From: Dictyostelium discoideum
Lineage: Eukaryota
Assembly: GCA_000004695.1 (NCBI GenBank)
Contig: CM000153.2
Span: forward strand, 448,001 to 512,000
Direction of reading: 5' to 3'
Length of the DNA: 64,000 bases
The translations under genes and the position numbers were made by a program. This document shows, one piece after another, positions 42,583 to 56,822 of this stretch. The notes below the pieces were generated by a model. The model ran no database searches and had not been told where the DNA came from. It saw nothing but the letters and a program-made list of their open reading frames with translations. The first letter of the stretch is position 1. Each line of letters begins with the position of its first letter.

Positions 42583-42973
42583 TCCAACCACCCTCAAAAA
42601 ATATTGTATAATTATGATTTTTTTTTTTTAAATAGGAAAATTACCCATTCATTTTATTATGTGAGAAAAAGGGGTTTATTTTTTATTTTATTTAAAAGAT
42701 TTAAATATATGATATATACACATCCAACAATCAACAACCAGCAATATATATATAAATGGCAGATATTATCGTGCCAGTTTTTTAATTGTTTTTATTTTGT
42801 TTTCATAATTGAAGCATTAAAAAAAAAAAAAAAAAAAAATATATTTACAAAAAGGGATTTTTTTTTTTTTTCAGAATTCATTAGGTTCCTCAAATAAATT
42901 AATTTCTAAAATGTTATTCAGTATGTATTATTAAAATAAATAAATAATAAATGAACTATATAAACTAATAAAC

Positions 42974-43013
<40 letters not shown>

Positions 43014-43160
43014 ATTTAGAATCATTACAATCAATCTCAAGGGTTAGCTCAGTCCAAAAGAATCACATTTTGAAATTTTAAAAAAAAAAATTAAAGAGTT
43101 TGAAATAAGTTTATTTTGAGAAAAATGTGGTGTTTTTTTTTTAAAAAAAATATATTATTA
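42583..43160 (+). repeat. dispersed repeat family R, copy C (short form, lacks a block of about 250 bp), about 0.8 kb downstream of the + receptor gene
   Basis: CAACCACCCTCAAAAAATATTGT...GATTTAAATATATGATATATACACA...AAAAAGGGATTTTTTTTTTTTTCAGAATTCATTAGGTTCCTCAAATAAATTAATTTCTAAAATGTTATTCAGTATGTATTA...TTATTTAGAATCATTACAATCAATCTCAAGGGTTAGCTCAGTCCAAAAGAATCAC...AAGTTTATTTTGAGAAAAATGTGGTG. Confidence 0.8.
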
Positions 43161-43930
43161 TCTAATATTTTAAATTTTCAAGGAATTTTATTTAATTCTA
43201 TTTTTAATTATTCATTATTATTTAAAATAATTTTTAAAACAAAAACAAATAGAATTATATTTAATTCTATTTTTAATTATTATTATTATTTTTTTATTTT
43301 TATTTTTTTATTTTTATTTTTTTTATTTTTATTTTTTTATTTTTTTTTGGTTATCATATTATTCAAACCACTAAAAGTTCTTTCAATATCAATAGTTGAT
43401 TGTGACAATCAAACAGATCTTTTGAAGTTCACAATTCTTTAGGTAAAAAGCCTTTTTTTTTTTTTTTTTTTTCTTTCTTTGACCAATTCATTAATTACAA
43501 TTTTATTATTTGATTTATTTAATTTTTAATACTTATATATTTGAAATTGGATATTAAAAAAAAAAAAAAAAAAAAAAAGTAAAATTTAAACGTTTGAACA
43601 GAAAATAAATTAAGATCAAAATTAATAAATTAAAGTAAAAGTTTTTTTTTTTTTTTTATGAATAATTATTTTTAATTATTGGTATGAAATTACAATAGCA
43701 ATAATTAACTTAATTATTAATTGTTTAAAGATTTTATTTATTATTTAAAATAATTTATTAAAAGTTTTATTCTTTGTTTATCGATTAAAAGATATATTGT
43801 TGTTGCTTAATTAATTATTTGTGAAAATTTTAAGTTGATTGTGTGGTAGTATTGATAAATTGTATAATGAAATATTAATATTTTAATATTGGTGATTATT
43901 TATTGATCTGTAACAATAGGTGGAAATTCT

Positions 43931-44584
43931 TTATCTATCTTCATTAAAAGATTTGCATTTAATGAAATAACTTGAATAATCAAAACTTTCCAATTCTTGG
44001 ACATAATTATCGTGAGGATTTTGATTTAAATCAAAGTCTCGAATGTAATCCAACACATCAGATTTTATATAGTGATATTGATTTATCATTTGTTCATTGA
44101 GTAACGAGTAATCTTCATGTACTGATATTTCAGTATCCCATTTGGTTCTATCTGATTCATATTCCTCTTTACATTTTTGGATTTCTTCAATGCACTCTTT
44201 AATTGATGGTCTTCTTTCAGGCATTTTGCTCATCATTAAAAATAGCAATCTTTTTAATCGTGATGGTAAGTTGGGAGGGATAGTTGGAATTAAACCAGTA
44301 TTCTGAATAATGTTCAGGTTTTCGGGTTCATCTGCAATTTGGTATTCATGGTAAGGATGGACAAACTTGCCATATACGAGTTTGTAGGCCAATTGATACA
44401 AAGAAATACCAACAGAAAAGATATCAGATTGAGAAGAAAATAAAAATCCTTTATAGCACTCTGGTGCAATGTGTAGATTAGTTCCTCTTATTTGCTGTAA
44501 TGTACAACCGTTAGATTCAGTGTTCGATCTTGATAATCCAAAATCAGAAATAAATACTGTATGGTTTCCATCTATTGTCTTTAT
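43931..44584 (-). CDS. ankyrin-repeat protein kinase (- paralog), exon 3: kinase subdomains VII-XI
   Basis: TTTTATAG acceptor at 44585-44592 (minus). IKTIDGNHTVFISDFGLSRSN..., GTNLHIAPE. Stop at 43931-43933. Confidence 0.8.
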   Translation of the reverse strand: MKTIDGNHTVFISDFGLSRSNTESNGCTLQQIRGTNLHIAPECYKGFLFSSQSDIFSVGISLYQLAYKLVYGKFVHPYHEYQIADEPENLNIIQNTGLIPTIPPNLPSRLKRLLFLMMSKMPERRPSIKECIEEIQKCKEEYESDRTKWDTEISVHEDYSLLNEQMINQYHYIKSDVLDYIRDFDLNQNPHDNYVQELESFDYSSYFIKCKSFNEDR

Positions 44585-44698
44585 CTATAAAATCATATTT
44601 TAAAAATTAACAAACAAATAAATAAATAAAAAAAGAATTAATATCACAAATAAATAATATTGAAAAAAAAAAAAAAAAAAAAAAAATTTTTAACATAC

Positions 44699-45797
44699 CA
44701 ACCAATTTTCTAATTTAATATCTCTATGATATACATTTATTTCTGCTTCTGGATAGTGGTTATGAACCTGAGAAACAGAATTTACCATCTGTGTCGATAA
44801 AATGAAGAAAAGATCTAAATTAATTTGGTTACAGGATATGAAGTTTTTTAAATCCATATCGCATTTTTCGATGATAATAGAGAGTCCAAATTTTAATTTT
44901 GAAACACCAATTAATTTCAAAATATTTTCACCTTGCAATGATTGATGAACTGATACTTCTTTATAAATACGTTCAAAACTATCGTCATCATAATTTTTGA
45001 ATGATTTTATTGCGACTGGCGTTATAGTATTTTGAAGATTGATATATGTGGCTTTATGAACCGTACTGAAACCACCTTCACCAATAATTGAAAAATCTGA
45101 TAGTTGACTTTTATCAATTATTCCAACCTTTTCAATGGATTCTATTTCATTTTTTTTTAAATTGTATTTTGTTTTATAATCATCCATTTTGAATATGAAT
45201 TTGTTGACTGCTTTTTCAATTTCAGTAGGAACTGGTGCATTGGCAACTTTAAATAATAACTTTAATTTTTCTTGACTATAAATTAATTCTGTTAATAAAG
45301 CAATATTTGTTTTAATTAATTTACCATTAACACTATCTGGAATAGTACTAAAGTATGCCATCGAAAAATAAATATCATCAAAAATATCTTGAATATCTTG
45401 ATCAGTATTTTTACAATTTTGGCATATTTCAAAATGATCAAATCCAAAAGAAATTAATAGTTTTAATATCGGTATGTTTTTAAGATTTATGCACTTGCAT
45501 AGAATTGAGTGACCATGTTTATTTGTTTTCTTTGCCATCTCTATATTAATTAAACCATTACAAACCATTTCACACACCAACTGAAGTCCATTCACTTTAT
45601 TTTCAATGGCATAATAAAGAGAACTATTTTCATTTTCATCACTACATGATATTACTCCAATTTTAGAAAACTCACATAGGAATTGCTTAACATCTGGACC
45701 AGAATAAGTCAAGCAGAAATGGTGAAAGATTTTATAACAATCATTTATAGAATCTGTAAATAATTCTGGGAATTGGTTGTGAATTATTTGTATGTTT
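44699..45797 (-). CDS. ankyrin-repeat protein kinase (- paralog), exon 2
   Basis: Glycine loop GEGGFSTVHKATY; VAIKSF; HRDIKLENWL; GTATGT donor at 44693-44698 (minus), the same position as in the + paralog. The frame stays open upstream of the TTG the ORF track used as a start, with no in-frame ATG, so an upstream exon is required. Proposed acceptor TTACAG at 45798-45799 (minus), phase 2. Confidence 0.8.
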
Positions 45798-45893
45798 CTG
45801 TAATCTTGAAAAAGGTCTACGTGAATATTTCTTTTTTTTAAAATTTTTTTTTTTTTTGGAAAATATTTAATGAATAAATAATAAAATTAACAA

Positions 45894-45896
<3 letters not shown>

Positions 45897-45958
<62 letters not shown>
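45897..45958. repeat. 62-nt homopolymer (poly-A on +, poly-T on the gene strand) inside the proposed kinase intron 1
   Basis: A perfect run of A at 45897-45958. Confidence 0.9.
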
Positions 45959-45961
<3 letters not shown>

Positions 45962-45963
45962 AC

Positions 45964-47564
<1,601 letters not shown>

Positions 47565-47908
47565 CTTTTAGTGATACGTAAAAAATTATTATTATAATTA
47601 ATTTTTTTTATTTTAAGAAATCTTTATATTTAATTTGTATTTATTTGTGTTTTTTATTTTTTTTTTTTATTTAATCTAATCTTTATGTATATTTTTTTTT
47701 TAATGTTTTTTTTTTTATTGGTATTTTTATTTTTATTTTTTTTTTTTGTTTTTATTCAATTTATTTTCTAAATTTATTATTTATTTATTTAAATTTATTT
47801 ATTTTTCAATTAATCCCAAACACCCAAACATGTCCTCATAAAAAAAAAAAAAATAAATAAAACAAAAGGAATTCTAGAAAAAAATAAAAAAAAAATAAAT
47901 TAAAAAAT

Positions 47909-48420
47909 ACACAATCACTACATTATTGTTATTTTGCACTTCGACACACTTGCACAATTTCTTAAAAAAAAAAACTAAAATTAAAAAAAAAAAACAAATA
48001 ATTAATTGCACTACTCAACCATATCATAGTGCAATTTTATTAAATTTTTTTTAAAAAAAAAAAAAGGTGAATAGAAAAAAAAAAAATACATCAAATTGGA
48101 AATGGAAAAAAAAAGAAATATAAAAATTAACACAAATACCACTACATTATATTTTTTTTTTTTTCTTACATCAACACACTTGAAAAATTATTTTTAAAAA
48201 AATGAATAAATAAAACACAACCACTATGATATAATTATGTGGGCGTAGATTTTGAGTGTATATATATAAAAATATAAAAAAAAAATTAAAAATTAAAAAA
48301 AAAATAAATGCACACATTAAATACGAAAACGGAAAAAAAAAAAAAATCACACAATCACCACTCTATTTTTGCACTTCACACACTTTTTAAAAATACACAA
48401 CCACCACCACAATATATAAT
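47909..48420. promoter_or_regulatory. three copies, about 215 bp apart, of a CA-rich motif (ACACAATCAC(C)ACT...TTTGCACTTC(G)ACACACTT) in a bidirectional promoter region
   Basis: Copies at 47909-47960, 48130-48183 and 48346-48420, between the - kinase start (47564) and the BBE-like gene start (49204). Confidence 0.3.
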
Positions 48421-49203
48421 TATAAAGTAAAAAAAAAAAAAGAATAAATTTATTTTTGTTTGTTTATTATAATTATTATTATTATTATTTTTATTTTTAT
48501 TATTATTATTATTTTTTTATTTTTTTATTTTTTTTTTTGTTTTTATTTATTTTTCAAACACCCAGATTATCTATAAATGGATAAAACCAATAATTGTATT
48601 TGTGTTATGTTGACAAAACTGCAGTACCTACCCCAAACCAAAAAAAAAAAAAAAAAAAAAAAAAAAATTCTCACATAGTTCAACATAACACTCTGCAAAT
48701 CTTGAGAAGTATATAAAAAAATAAAATAAAAATAAAAATAGTGGTTGTTCAATGTGATATGACGATGGTGGACAATTAAAAAAAAAAAAAAATTAAAAAA
48801 AAAATTAAAAAAAAAAAAAGTTTTTTTTTTTGAATATTTTTTGTTTTCCATTTTATGGTTTTGTTTTGCGAAATTCAGCTTTTTTAAAAAATGTTTTATA
48901 AAAACAATCAATGACAATAAATATTAATTTAAATAAATAATCTCACCCAACACTTTAAATAATATTTTTTTTTTTTTTTTTTTTTTAAATAAATTTTTTC
49001 ACAGGTTCAAATTTTTTTTTGTTTTTTTTTTTTTTCAATAAATTTTTTTAATCATTATTTCAAAAATGTGATTCTTTTTTTTTTTATTAAAATCTCAATG
49101 AAACGACATATAAAAAAATTGATATATTTTTTTTTTTTTTTTTTTTTTTTAATTTTTTAAGATTTTTTTTTTATTTTGATGTAAATAACTTTTTTATCAA
49201 AAA

Positions 49204-50607
49204 ATGGAAGAAATAAAAAATGATTACACTTTTGTAGATGAATCAGATAAAAAAGATCAAAAAATAAATTTTAAAAACTTTAGAAAAAGAATTCAAGGTC
49301 AAACATTTATGAAAGATGATTTGGAATATGATAAGATTTGTAATGAAAGGTGGGATCTTAATTCAACGAATTCTCCAATAATTATTGTAAAAGCAATTAA
49401 TGAAAATGATGTTGAAGAAACTATTAAATTTGTTAGAGATAATAAAAAATTAAAATTAGTTATTAAGAATACAGGTCATAATAATATATCAGCAATTGAT
49501 GGCTGTGATGGTGTATCGTTAGATATTAGTTTAATGAAATCAATATCAGTTGACCAACAAAACCAAACTGTTACAGTTGGTGGTGGTTGCACATTTCATG
49601 ATATTGACCAAGTTACATCTCAATATGGTTTGGCAACTCCGTTAGGTCAAATTTCATCAGTTGGAGTTGGTGGATATAGCACAGGTGGTGGAATAGGTCA
49701 TTTAACAAAATTATATGGTTTATCAAGTGATAATTTATTAGAATGTAAAATTATTACATCAAATGGAGAATCAAAAGTTTGTAATAAACATACAAATTCA
49801 GATTTATTTTGGGTAGTTAGAGGTGCAGGTGGATTTATAGGTGTTATAGTTTCATTTACATTCAAATGTTACCTAATTTCAAATGTAGTTGTTGGATCAT
49901 TTGTTTATAATATTGATGAAACAAATAATAATGCAAAGAATGCATTGGTTGAAGTTGGTAAAAGACATTTAAATTCAACAGATCCATTAGTTTATGTTAT
50001 TAATATTAATGCTGGTTCACCTAACAATGTTTTAATAAAAGTTTTATATTTTTTAGATATTAATACTCCAAATTCATCAATGATTGGTGAATCATTAATT
50101 CAAGATTTCCAAAATTTGACAAAACCAACAACATCTTCAATTTCAATTATTTCATATACAAAATTGCAATGGGAATTTGATGGAATAATTTTACCAGGTA
50201 AATATTATCAAGAGGGACCATTATTAAAATCAACAATTACTTCTGAAGTTGCTGATTTACTTTTACAAGCAATATCAAATCGTAATCAACAAACATTTTC
50301 CTCAATTATCATTACTGAACTTGGAGGTATGGCTAACAAAGTTCATCAAAATGAAAGTGCATTCCCAATTAGAGATTCAACATTTAATATTTTCATCTCC
50401 TCTATAATCTTTACACCATCCTTAGAACAACCTCTAAAAGATTGGACAAAAAATACAATTCATCTCTTAAAGGATCATATTTCTGGTGAATACATTAATA
50501 CAAGTTATTCAACAGATATGAAATTAATTTTCAAAGAAAACTTTGAAAGATTAAAAAAATTAAAAAATCAGTATGATCCAAATAATATATTCCGTTCATT
50601 AAATTAA
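49204..50607 (+). CDS. FAD-linked oxidoreductase, berberine-bridge-enzyme-like (PCMH-type FAD-binding domain)
   Basis: ATG at 49204. IIIVKAINENDVEETIKFVRDNKKLKLVIKNTGHN (FAD-binding), GGGCTFHDID, GGYSTGGGIGHLTKLYGLSSDNLL, LFWVVRGAGGFIGVI, C-terminal ...YDPNNIFRSLN (BBE-like). Confidence 0.85.
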   Translation: MEEIKNDYTFVDESDKKDQKINFKNFRKRIQGQTFMKDDLEYDKICNERWDLNSTNSPIIIVKAINENDVEETIKFVRDNKKLKLVIKNTGHNNISAIDGCDGVSLDISLMKSISVDQQNQTVTVGGGCTFHDIDQVTSQYGLATPLGQISSVGVGGYSTGGGIGHLTKLYGLSSDNLLECKIITSNGESKVCNKHTNSDLFWVVRGAGGFIGVIVSFTFKCYLISNVVVGSFVYNIDETNNNAKNALVEVGKRHLNSTDPLVYVININAGSPNNVLIKVLYFLDINTPNSSMIGESLIQDFQNLTKPTTSSISIISYTKLQWEFDGIILPGKYYQEGPLLKSTITSEVADLLLQAISNRNQQTFSSIIITELGGMANKVHQNESAFPIRDSTFNIFISSIIFTPSLEQPLKDWTKNTIHLLKDHISGEYINTSYSTDMKLIFKENFERLKKLKNQYDPNNIFRSLN

Positions 50608-50764
50608 AAATAAATAAATAAATAAATAAAAATAATAATAATTAATTTTTAAAAAATAATAAAGTTGTGATAAAAAAAAAAAAAAAAAAAAATATTATTA
50701 TTATAGTTATAATTAATTTTTTGAAAATTTTATTTATTAAATAATTTTTTAATACATTAAAAAA

Positions 50765-52435
50765 TTAAAGTACAAAAATAATTAAATTAATAACTAGAAT
50801 TGAAATAAAGAGCCAACCAATGGATAGTTTATTTGAAGAACTATTTTCATCCTTTTTAACTACCTTTGGTTCAACAAAATATTGAGCTTCACATGCTGAT
50901 AATTTAGTTTCATTACTACAACGTTCTGGTGTTCTTGGAATTGAAAGGTTTGGAGCTTCAACATCTGATAGGTTAATGGATGCAAAGTATTCTTCAGTAA
51001 GTGTACAATTCAATGTTGAATTTACTAAAGAGTATGCCTCGGAAAGAACTGGGGTATCTAAAAACAATTGAGTCATATTATTAATTAATAACATTAATTG
51101 ATCAATTTTGTTTTGAGTATCTTCACTAATTTTTACACTTGAATCATTCCAAAATTTAAACAATTCTATTCTAATTTGAACTGTATCTAATTTATTAATT
51201 TCAGAAGTAATATTAATAAATTGTTTTCTAGTTTCTTTGAAAAGTGTATAATTATGTTTTTCATTTAAAATAAATTCAAATCTCTTTGCAAATGGATATG
51301 ATCTTTGTTGTCTTGGATAACGTGTTTGAATTGATACACTTGATTTAAATTCACAATGGTATGGATCAATATCTTCAATTTCTTCAGTAAAACATTGACA
51401 GCCCTGTTCAACTGAAGAGGTCACAGCATTGTGAAGTTTCCAGAAAAAGGCGGCAATTGAACGTTTATCATCAGCTCTTACAGTTGAAAGTTTTGCAATT
51501 AAGTCACCACCTGTTCCTCCCATTAATAAATGTTCGATTGGGAAGAAACGAACTGCCTCACTAGAGTAACTATCACGGGCATATCTATCGTTTACTAATA
51601 CTTTTGAAATCATATGTTCTCTACAGAATGGACATGCATGATTTAATGGGAAATAGACCATGAAATTTTTAAACTTTTCAGTTAAACTTGTATAAACAGT
51701 TGTAGTACTATTACCACTACTTTCACATGACGAATCTGAAACTCTTTGAGCAATAATATGGAAAACGGCCCACAATGAACGACCAAGGTATGTTGGGAAG
51801 CCAACTCTCATTTGCTGAGTTTTTGTATAATCACCACCAGTATATTTATCAAGGAATGGAATATATAGACCAGCATCAAAATCTAATCTTCTATTAATGT
51901 TTTCTCTTTGCTTATAAATACTTGTCATATAAGTACCAATCATATACCAAATATCTTGTTTCATTTTATCATTATCAAAGTTTTCTAAAAGATCATCAGA
52001 TACAAATTCGTGGTCCTCTATTTTACTGCCATTAAAGCCACATGAGAAAGCATTCAAAGCGGTTGGTAAAAATACGGAATCCCACCAAGTTGCATTCACT
52101 GGATATGGATCAGGTTGAGCCAATTGATTTACAAATAAACTTCTTAAAGTTGCAACATTTGAATTACATTCAGGATCGAATTGAAGAGCAACATATAGAT
52201 CCAAATAGTTGATTACCATTCCTCTATATTCATTCCATTGGTATGGTCTTCCGCCTTTGATTTTATCATCTTCACACCATTCTCTATCTTTTTGAGCATT
52301 TCTATAGGCAGCAGCTGTAAGAAATTGAAAAGATGCTTTTTGAATCTCTTGTTTTTTTGAAATATCACCAGTATGGAATCCAAAAATTAATTCTACAAAT
52401 AAAATTGTTATAAATATAAATATTAATCTATTCAT
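50765..52435 (-). CDS. secreted/GPI-anchored protein with an Erv/ALR-type FAD sulfhydryl-oxidase-like domain
   Basis: ATG at 52433-52435 (minus). Signal peptide MNRLIFIFITILFVELIFG; Erv-like core YLGRSLWAVFHIIAQR...FMVYFPLNHACPFCREHM...FFWKLHNAV (compare ERV family LGR..W..LH..A...P......F....YPC..C..H and WLC.LHN.VN); C-terminal SSSNKLSIGWLFISILVINLIIFVL looks like a GPI signal. Confidence 0.5.
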   Translation of the reverse strand: MNRLIFIFITILFVELIFGFHTGDISKKQEIQKASFQFLTAAAYRNAQKDREWCEDDKIKGGRPYQWNEYRGMVINYLDLYVALQFDPECNSNVATLRSLFVNQLAQPDPYPVNATWWDSVFLPTALNAFSCGFNGSKIEDHEFVSDDLLENFDNDKMKQDIWYMIGTYMTSIYKQRENINRRLDFDAGLYIPFLDKYTGGDYTKTQQMRVGFPTYLGRSLWAVFHIIAQRVSDSSCESSGNSTTTVYTSLTEKFKNFMVYFPLNHACPFCREHMISKVLVNDRYARDSYSSEAVRFFPIEHLLMGGTGGDLIAKLSTVRADDKRSIAAFFWKLHNAVTSSVEQGCQCFTEEIEDIDPYHCEFKSSVSIQTRYPRQQRSYPFAKRFEFILNEKHNYTLFKETRKQFINITSEINKLDTVQIRIELFKFWNDSSVKISEDTQNKIDQLMLLINNMTQLFLDTPVLSEAYSLVNSTLNCTLTEEYFASINLSDVEAPNLSIPRTPERCSNETKLSACEAQYFVEPKVVKKDENSSSNKLSIGWLFISILVINLIIFVL

Positions 52436-52578
52436 TTTTTATATTTAATAATACTAACAATAAAAAAAAAAAAAAACAAAAAAAAAAAAAACAATTTAAA
52501 GTTTTTTTTAATGATGTTTTAAATAAATTATAATTTAAAAGTTATACCCTACCCCACCCACACACACAATCAAAAAGT

Positions 52579-52621
<43 letters not shown>

Positions 52622-53208
52622 ATATAATTTTATAAAAATAAAAAACCATTGTGGGTGTTATTTTTGCTGTCTTTGATTGAAAATTGATTTATACCACCAT
52701 TCAAATAAAAAAAAAAATTAGAACCTCAATGATTTATAAGAAAAAAAAAAAAAGACAGAAATAATAAAAATAATATTTAAAATAAAAATTAGAAAAAATA
52801 AATAATGTAAATTACCAACCACATCAAAAAAAAAAAATAATGTGGCAGATTTTTGAAATGAATTCATTCAACCTTTACTATTTTTTAAATACAGGAATAT
52901 TAAAAAAAAAAAAAAAAAAAAAAAATATATAATATAATAATCGCAAATCAGTTTTTTTTTTTTTAACCACTTCTAAAAATCCATTTTTAAATTAAACAAT
53001 CAAAAAAAAAAATCACAATCTTAAGATTTATTTTTTGTTTTTTTTTTGAATGAAAAAAAATCATTAAAACAGTTAAATTATCACTTTTTGAATTTATAAA
53101 TCGTTTGGTATGTTTATTATATTTTTATAGACTCATTAAAGTTGATAAAATAAAAAATTTTAATCATAGACCATTAAAGATTTAGAGGTAATTAATTTTA
53201 TAAAAAAT

Positions 53209-53240
<32 letters not shown>

Positions 53241-53257
53241 TTATTATTATTTATTTA

Positions 53258-56200
53258 TTAATTTAATCTTTCCATTTTAATTTTACCTAATTTCTTATTT
53301 TTAATTGTTTTTGATTTTAATTGTTTTTTAGAACAAATTGTGATACCACCTTTTTTATATTTTCTTACAACTAAAATGATGGTTAGAGAGATCAAAGCAA
53401 TAACAAAAATTACAACACCAGCTATGATTGCAGAGATTTGAGCTTTAGTGAGACCAAAGTTTGTACAAGTTGGATTAAGTTTTGAAGAAGCTGTGTTTAC
53501 TTCTAAAACCATAGTGAAATCTGGATCCAATTCTGCTTTTGTAGAGTAGTAGGGTACATTGATACCAATCAAAGAGTAACTTCTATAGGGTATATCGGTT
53601 GTTATTGGAGAGAGGAAAGAGTTTGTAGTTTTTGTTATTTTACTATTGATGAGTTGTCTTTTTAAGAAACGAGCATATAAAGCTTGACCATTGACTTGAA
53701 GTTTTAAATATTCCGAGCCTGTACTATCATCACCATACTCTTTACAAGAACAAACATCACTATGACTCGATGATTCAATAGAAGCTTCCATAATTAATTG
53801 TAGATAAGATTGATCATTCTTGAAGGAATATTTCGATAGACGGAAAGAGTATTTCAAAGAGGATGGATTCACTTTATAGGAGAGATCAGCAAAGGCTACA
53901 TTGAGGTCATTAATCTCCGATTGATCATAAAAACGTAAAGATGCTGTTAAATTTGTCAAGAAACCATTATCAGTAGCAAAGGTGGTTACATAACTAAAAT
54001 GATAGAGAGAGTTTGCATTACTTTTATTTGAGAATTTCCAACTTTTATCATTGAAACGATAAGATTTATAGACTGAACCGGTTTCATCGATTTCATTTAT
54101 ACCCACGACTGATATTAGAGAGGAGATACGATTACTAGTTTCCAATAGAATTGAGGGTTCCAATACATTGATATGGGGTGGATCCAATGCTATTGGAGTG
54201 GAAGTGCAATCGGCACCAGTATAACCTGCATTACATTTACAACCTACATCAGTATCACATTCACCTTTAATAATACCACCACAATCATTTGGACAAACGA
54301 ATGGATCACTATTATTGGTTTCATTTGGTATAAAAGGTGTTACCAAGAATTTATTACTTTCAATTCCATCAACGGTTACCTTTACAAAGAATTTAGAGCT
54401 AGTCGTATTGGTTGGATAAATGGTTAATAGTAAACCAGATTTAAATGTAACCTCTTGTTGAATGTAACCATTACCAAAATCAATTTCCACAAGTATTGAA
54501 TAATCCTCAGAGATTTGTGATTGAAGATTATGACCAAATATAGTTAGGGGAGTATTTGTAACTGGATTATAGGAGGCCTTTGAAATGATTGGTATTGCAC
54601 TATAGGTGGTTTGAATGAATGAAAAGGTTTTATTCAATTGATAAGCTGACCAACCCGCTATATTAAACATATTATCAGATACACCATAAACCGATAACAT
54701 TAAACCATCGGGTATACCAAAACCAAATGGTACCTCAATCTCTACGTAATAATAGGCTGTATGAATTGTTGAATTTGAATTTTGTAAACATTTGAAATCA
54801 TATTTCTCACCTCTTGAATTCTCTAAATAAACGATTGGTATATGATTTGAAGAAATACCAGATTGTGCATCTTCAATTCTGAATGAAACTAGCAATGTTC
54901 TATTCAATGAACCAACATCGATTGAAGTTTTAATTGAAGTTGTGAAACCATAAAGTAGTGGTGGAGTTACATCTAAAATCTTTTCGGTTGGACATTGAAT
55001 TCTAATGGAATATTTCATTTCAATCTCTGTTAAATTTGAACCTAACCAAGAGAATGGATTAATATAATCGGTTAAATCATTTAGTGTGGTACTATATTGT
55101 CCATCCATTCCCAACAATGATAGTGATGAAATTCTATAGGTATGTGATCTGCACCAAACTGAGCTACTCTTTGGAATTGAGAATTTAAATGTTGGAGTGG
55201 TGGGATTTGATAGTTGTTCCTCTGCATTAGCCAATGTGAAAAATGTAGAATAACCAACCAAATCAAATTCACTTGTAAATGTGATATTACCCGATTGGAA
55301 ACCACTTGTATCAAGTATTTGAATCTCCCATGCTATGGTGGTACCATCATCATTTTGATTTGGATACTTTATGCCATTCTCTGGAGTTCTTTTGATTTGT
55401 TTAACAATTGGTGGCATCGTATCATATTTAAGTTGTCTAATTGATTTGAAAACCGCTGCTTTATAACCCAACAATGAAGTCAATGAAGAAGTATCATACA
55501 CTTTACCAGATGAAATGATTTGATATTGAATGGCTTGATTCGATAGATAAGATGGTAAATAGAAATCAACTACATAACCTCTATATTGTGAACTCCATTT
55601 CATTAGTAAATAATTTGATGGTGATTTTAAAAATTTAGATGCTGAATTACTATTATAAAAGAATTGAAAACCAGGTGTAAATGATAAATCATTCAATGAA
55701 GGATTCTTTCCATTTAATGAATTTGAATATTTTAATACTACTGTATAAATATATCCATCACTATTACTTGATTCATCAAGTTTATCATTATTACTATCTT
55801 CATTATCTTCATTATTATTATTATCATCACTATCACTATTATTAATATTACTATTATTATTATTATTATTTGTTCCATTTGAACTTAATATAAAATCAAT
55901 TGCATAAATTGAACCAGGTTCAACTATTGGCCAATTTGTTTGATAAGGTACAATTTTTTGATTACCAACATTATCAATCAATATAATCTCATGATAATTT
56001 GGAAAGTTGAAATAATTTAAATACTTTTCAAAAGAACCATTAAAAACTGTACCTTTAACTAAATCTGAAGAGGTAAAAGTGACTTGACCAACTTTAATAA
56101 TACCAACACCTGATAAATTATCACATGCATCAATGTGTAAGATTGCATTCATATAATCCAATGTTTTAATTGACACTGCTAATAATGATGGTGGTTTTTC

Positions 56201-56748
56201 ATCGACATATCTATATTCATTTGAATATTGACGAATACTACTACTGGTGGTACCATTTCCAGGTATATAAGCCAAACCAGTTAAACTTGAGTCAATAATT
56301 TTAATAGGTTTCGTTAGATTGGATTGCATTGAAATTAATGGTACAGTTTCATCAACCATATATACTATGAATAATGAATCATTATGTGTATAATGTGGTA
56401 ATAATTTTGTAATTGAATGATTGAAATCATTTGGATTGTATGGATTTCTATAAACCATACCATAAGGATATTGATTGATTACAAAATCAAATGGTTGTAA
56501 TTGTACTTTTAACAATTGTCTATGATAATCCAATCTAAAGTTTATCATAAATAATTGTGCTGAACTATTATAAATTTCAGTTTGATAACCAACAGCTTTT
56601 CTTTGAGTAGTGATTTGAGGTAAACGAGAAACATTTTCAATTAAAATTTGTTTTGATCTATAATCTAAAAATTTTGATATTGTTGATGTATAATTTGTTT
56701 GAGTATTACCACCACTATTATCATCATCGCTACTATTACTAATATCAT

Positions 56749-56822
<74 letters not shown>

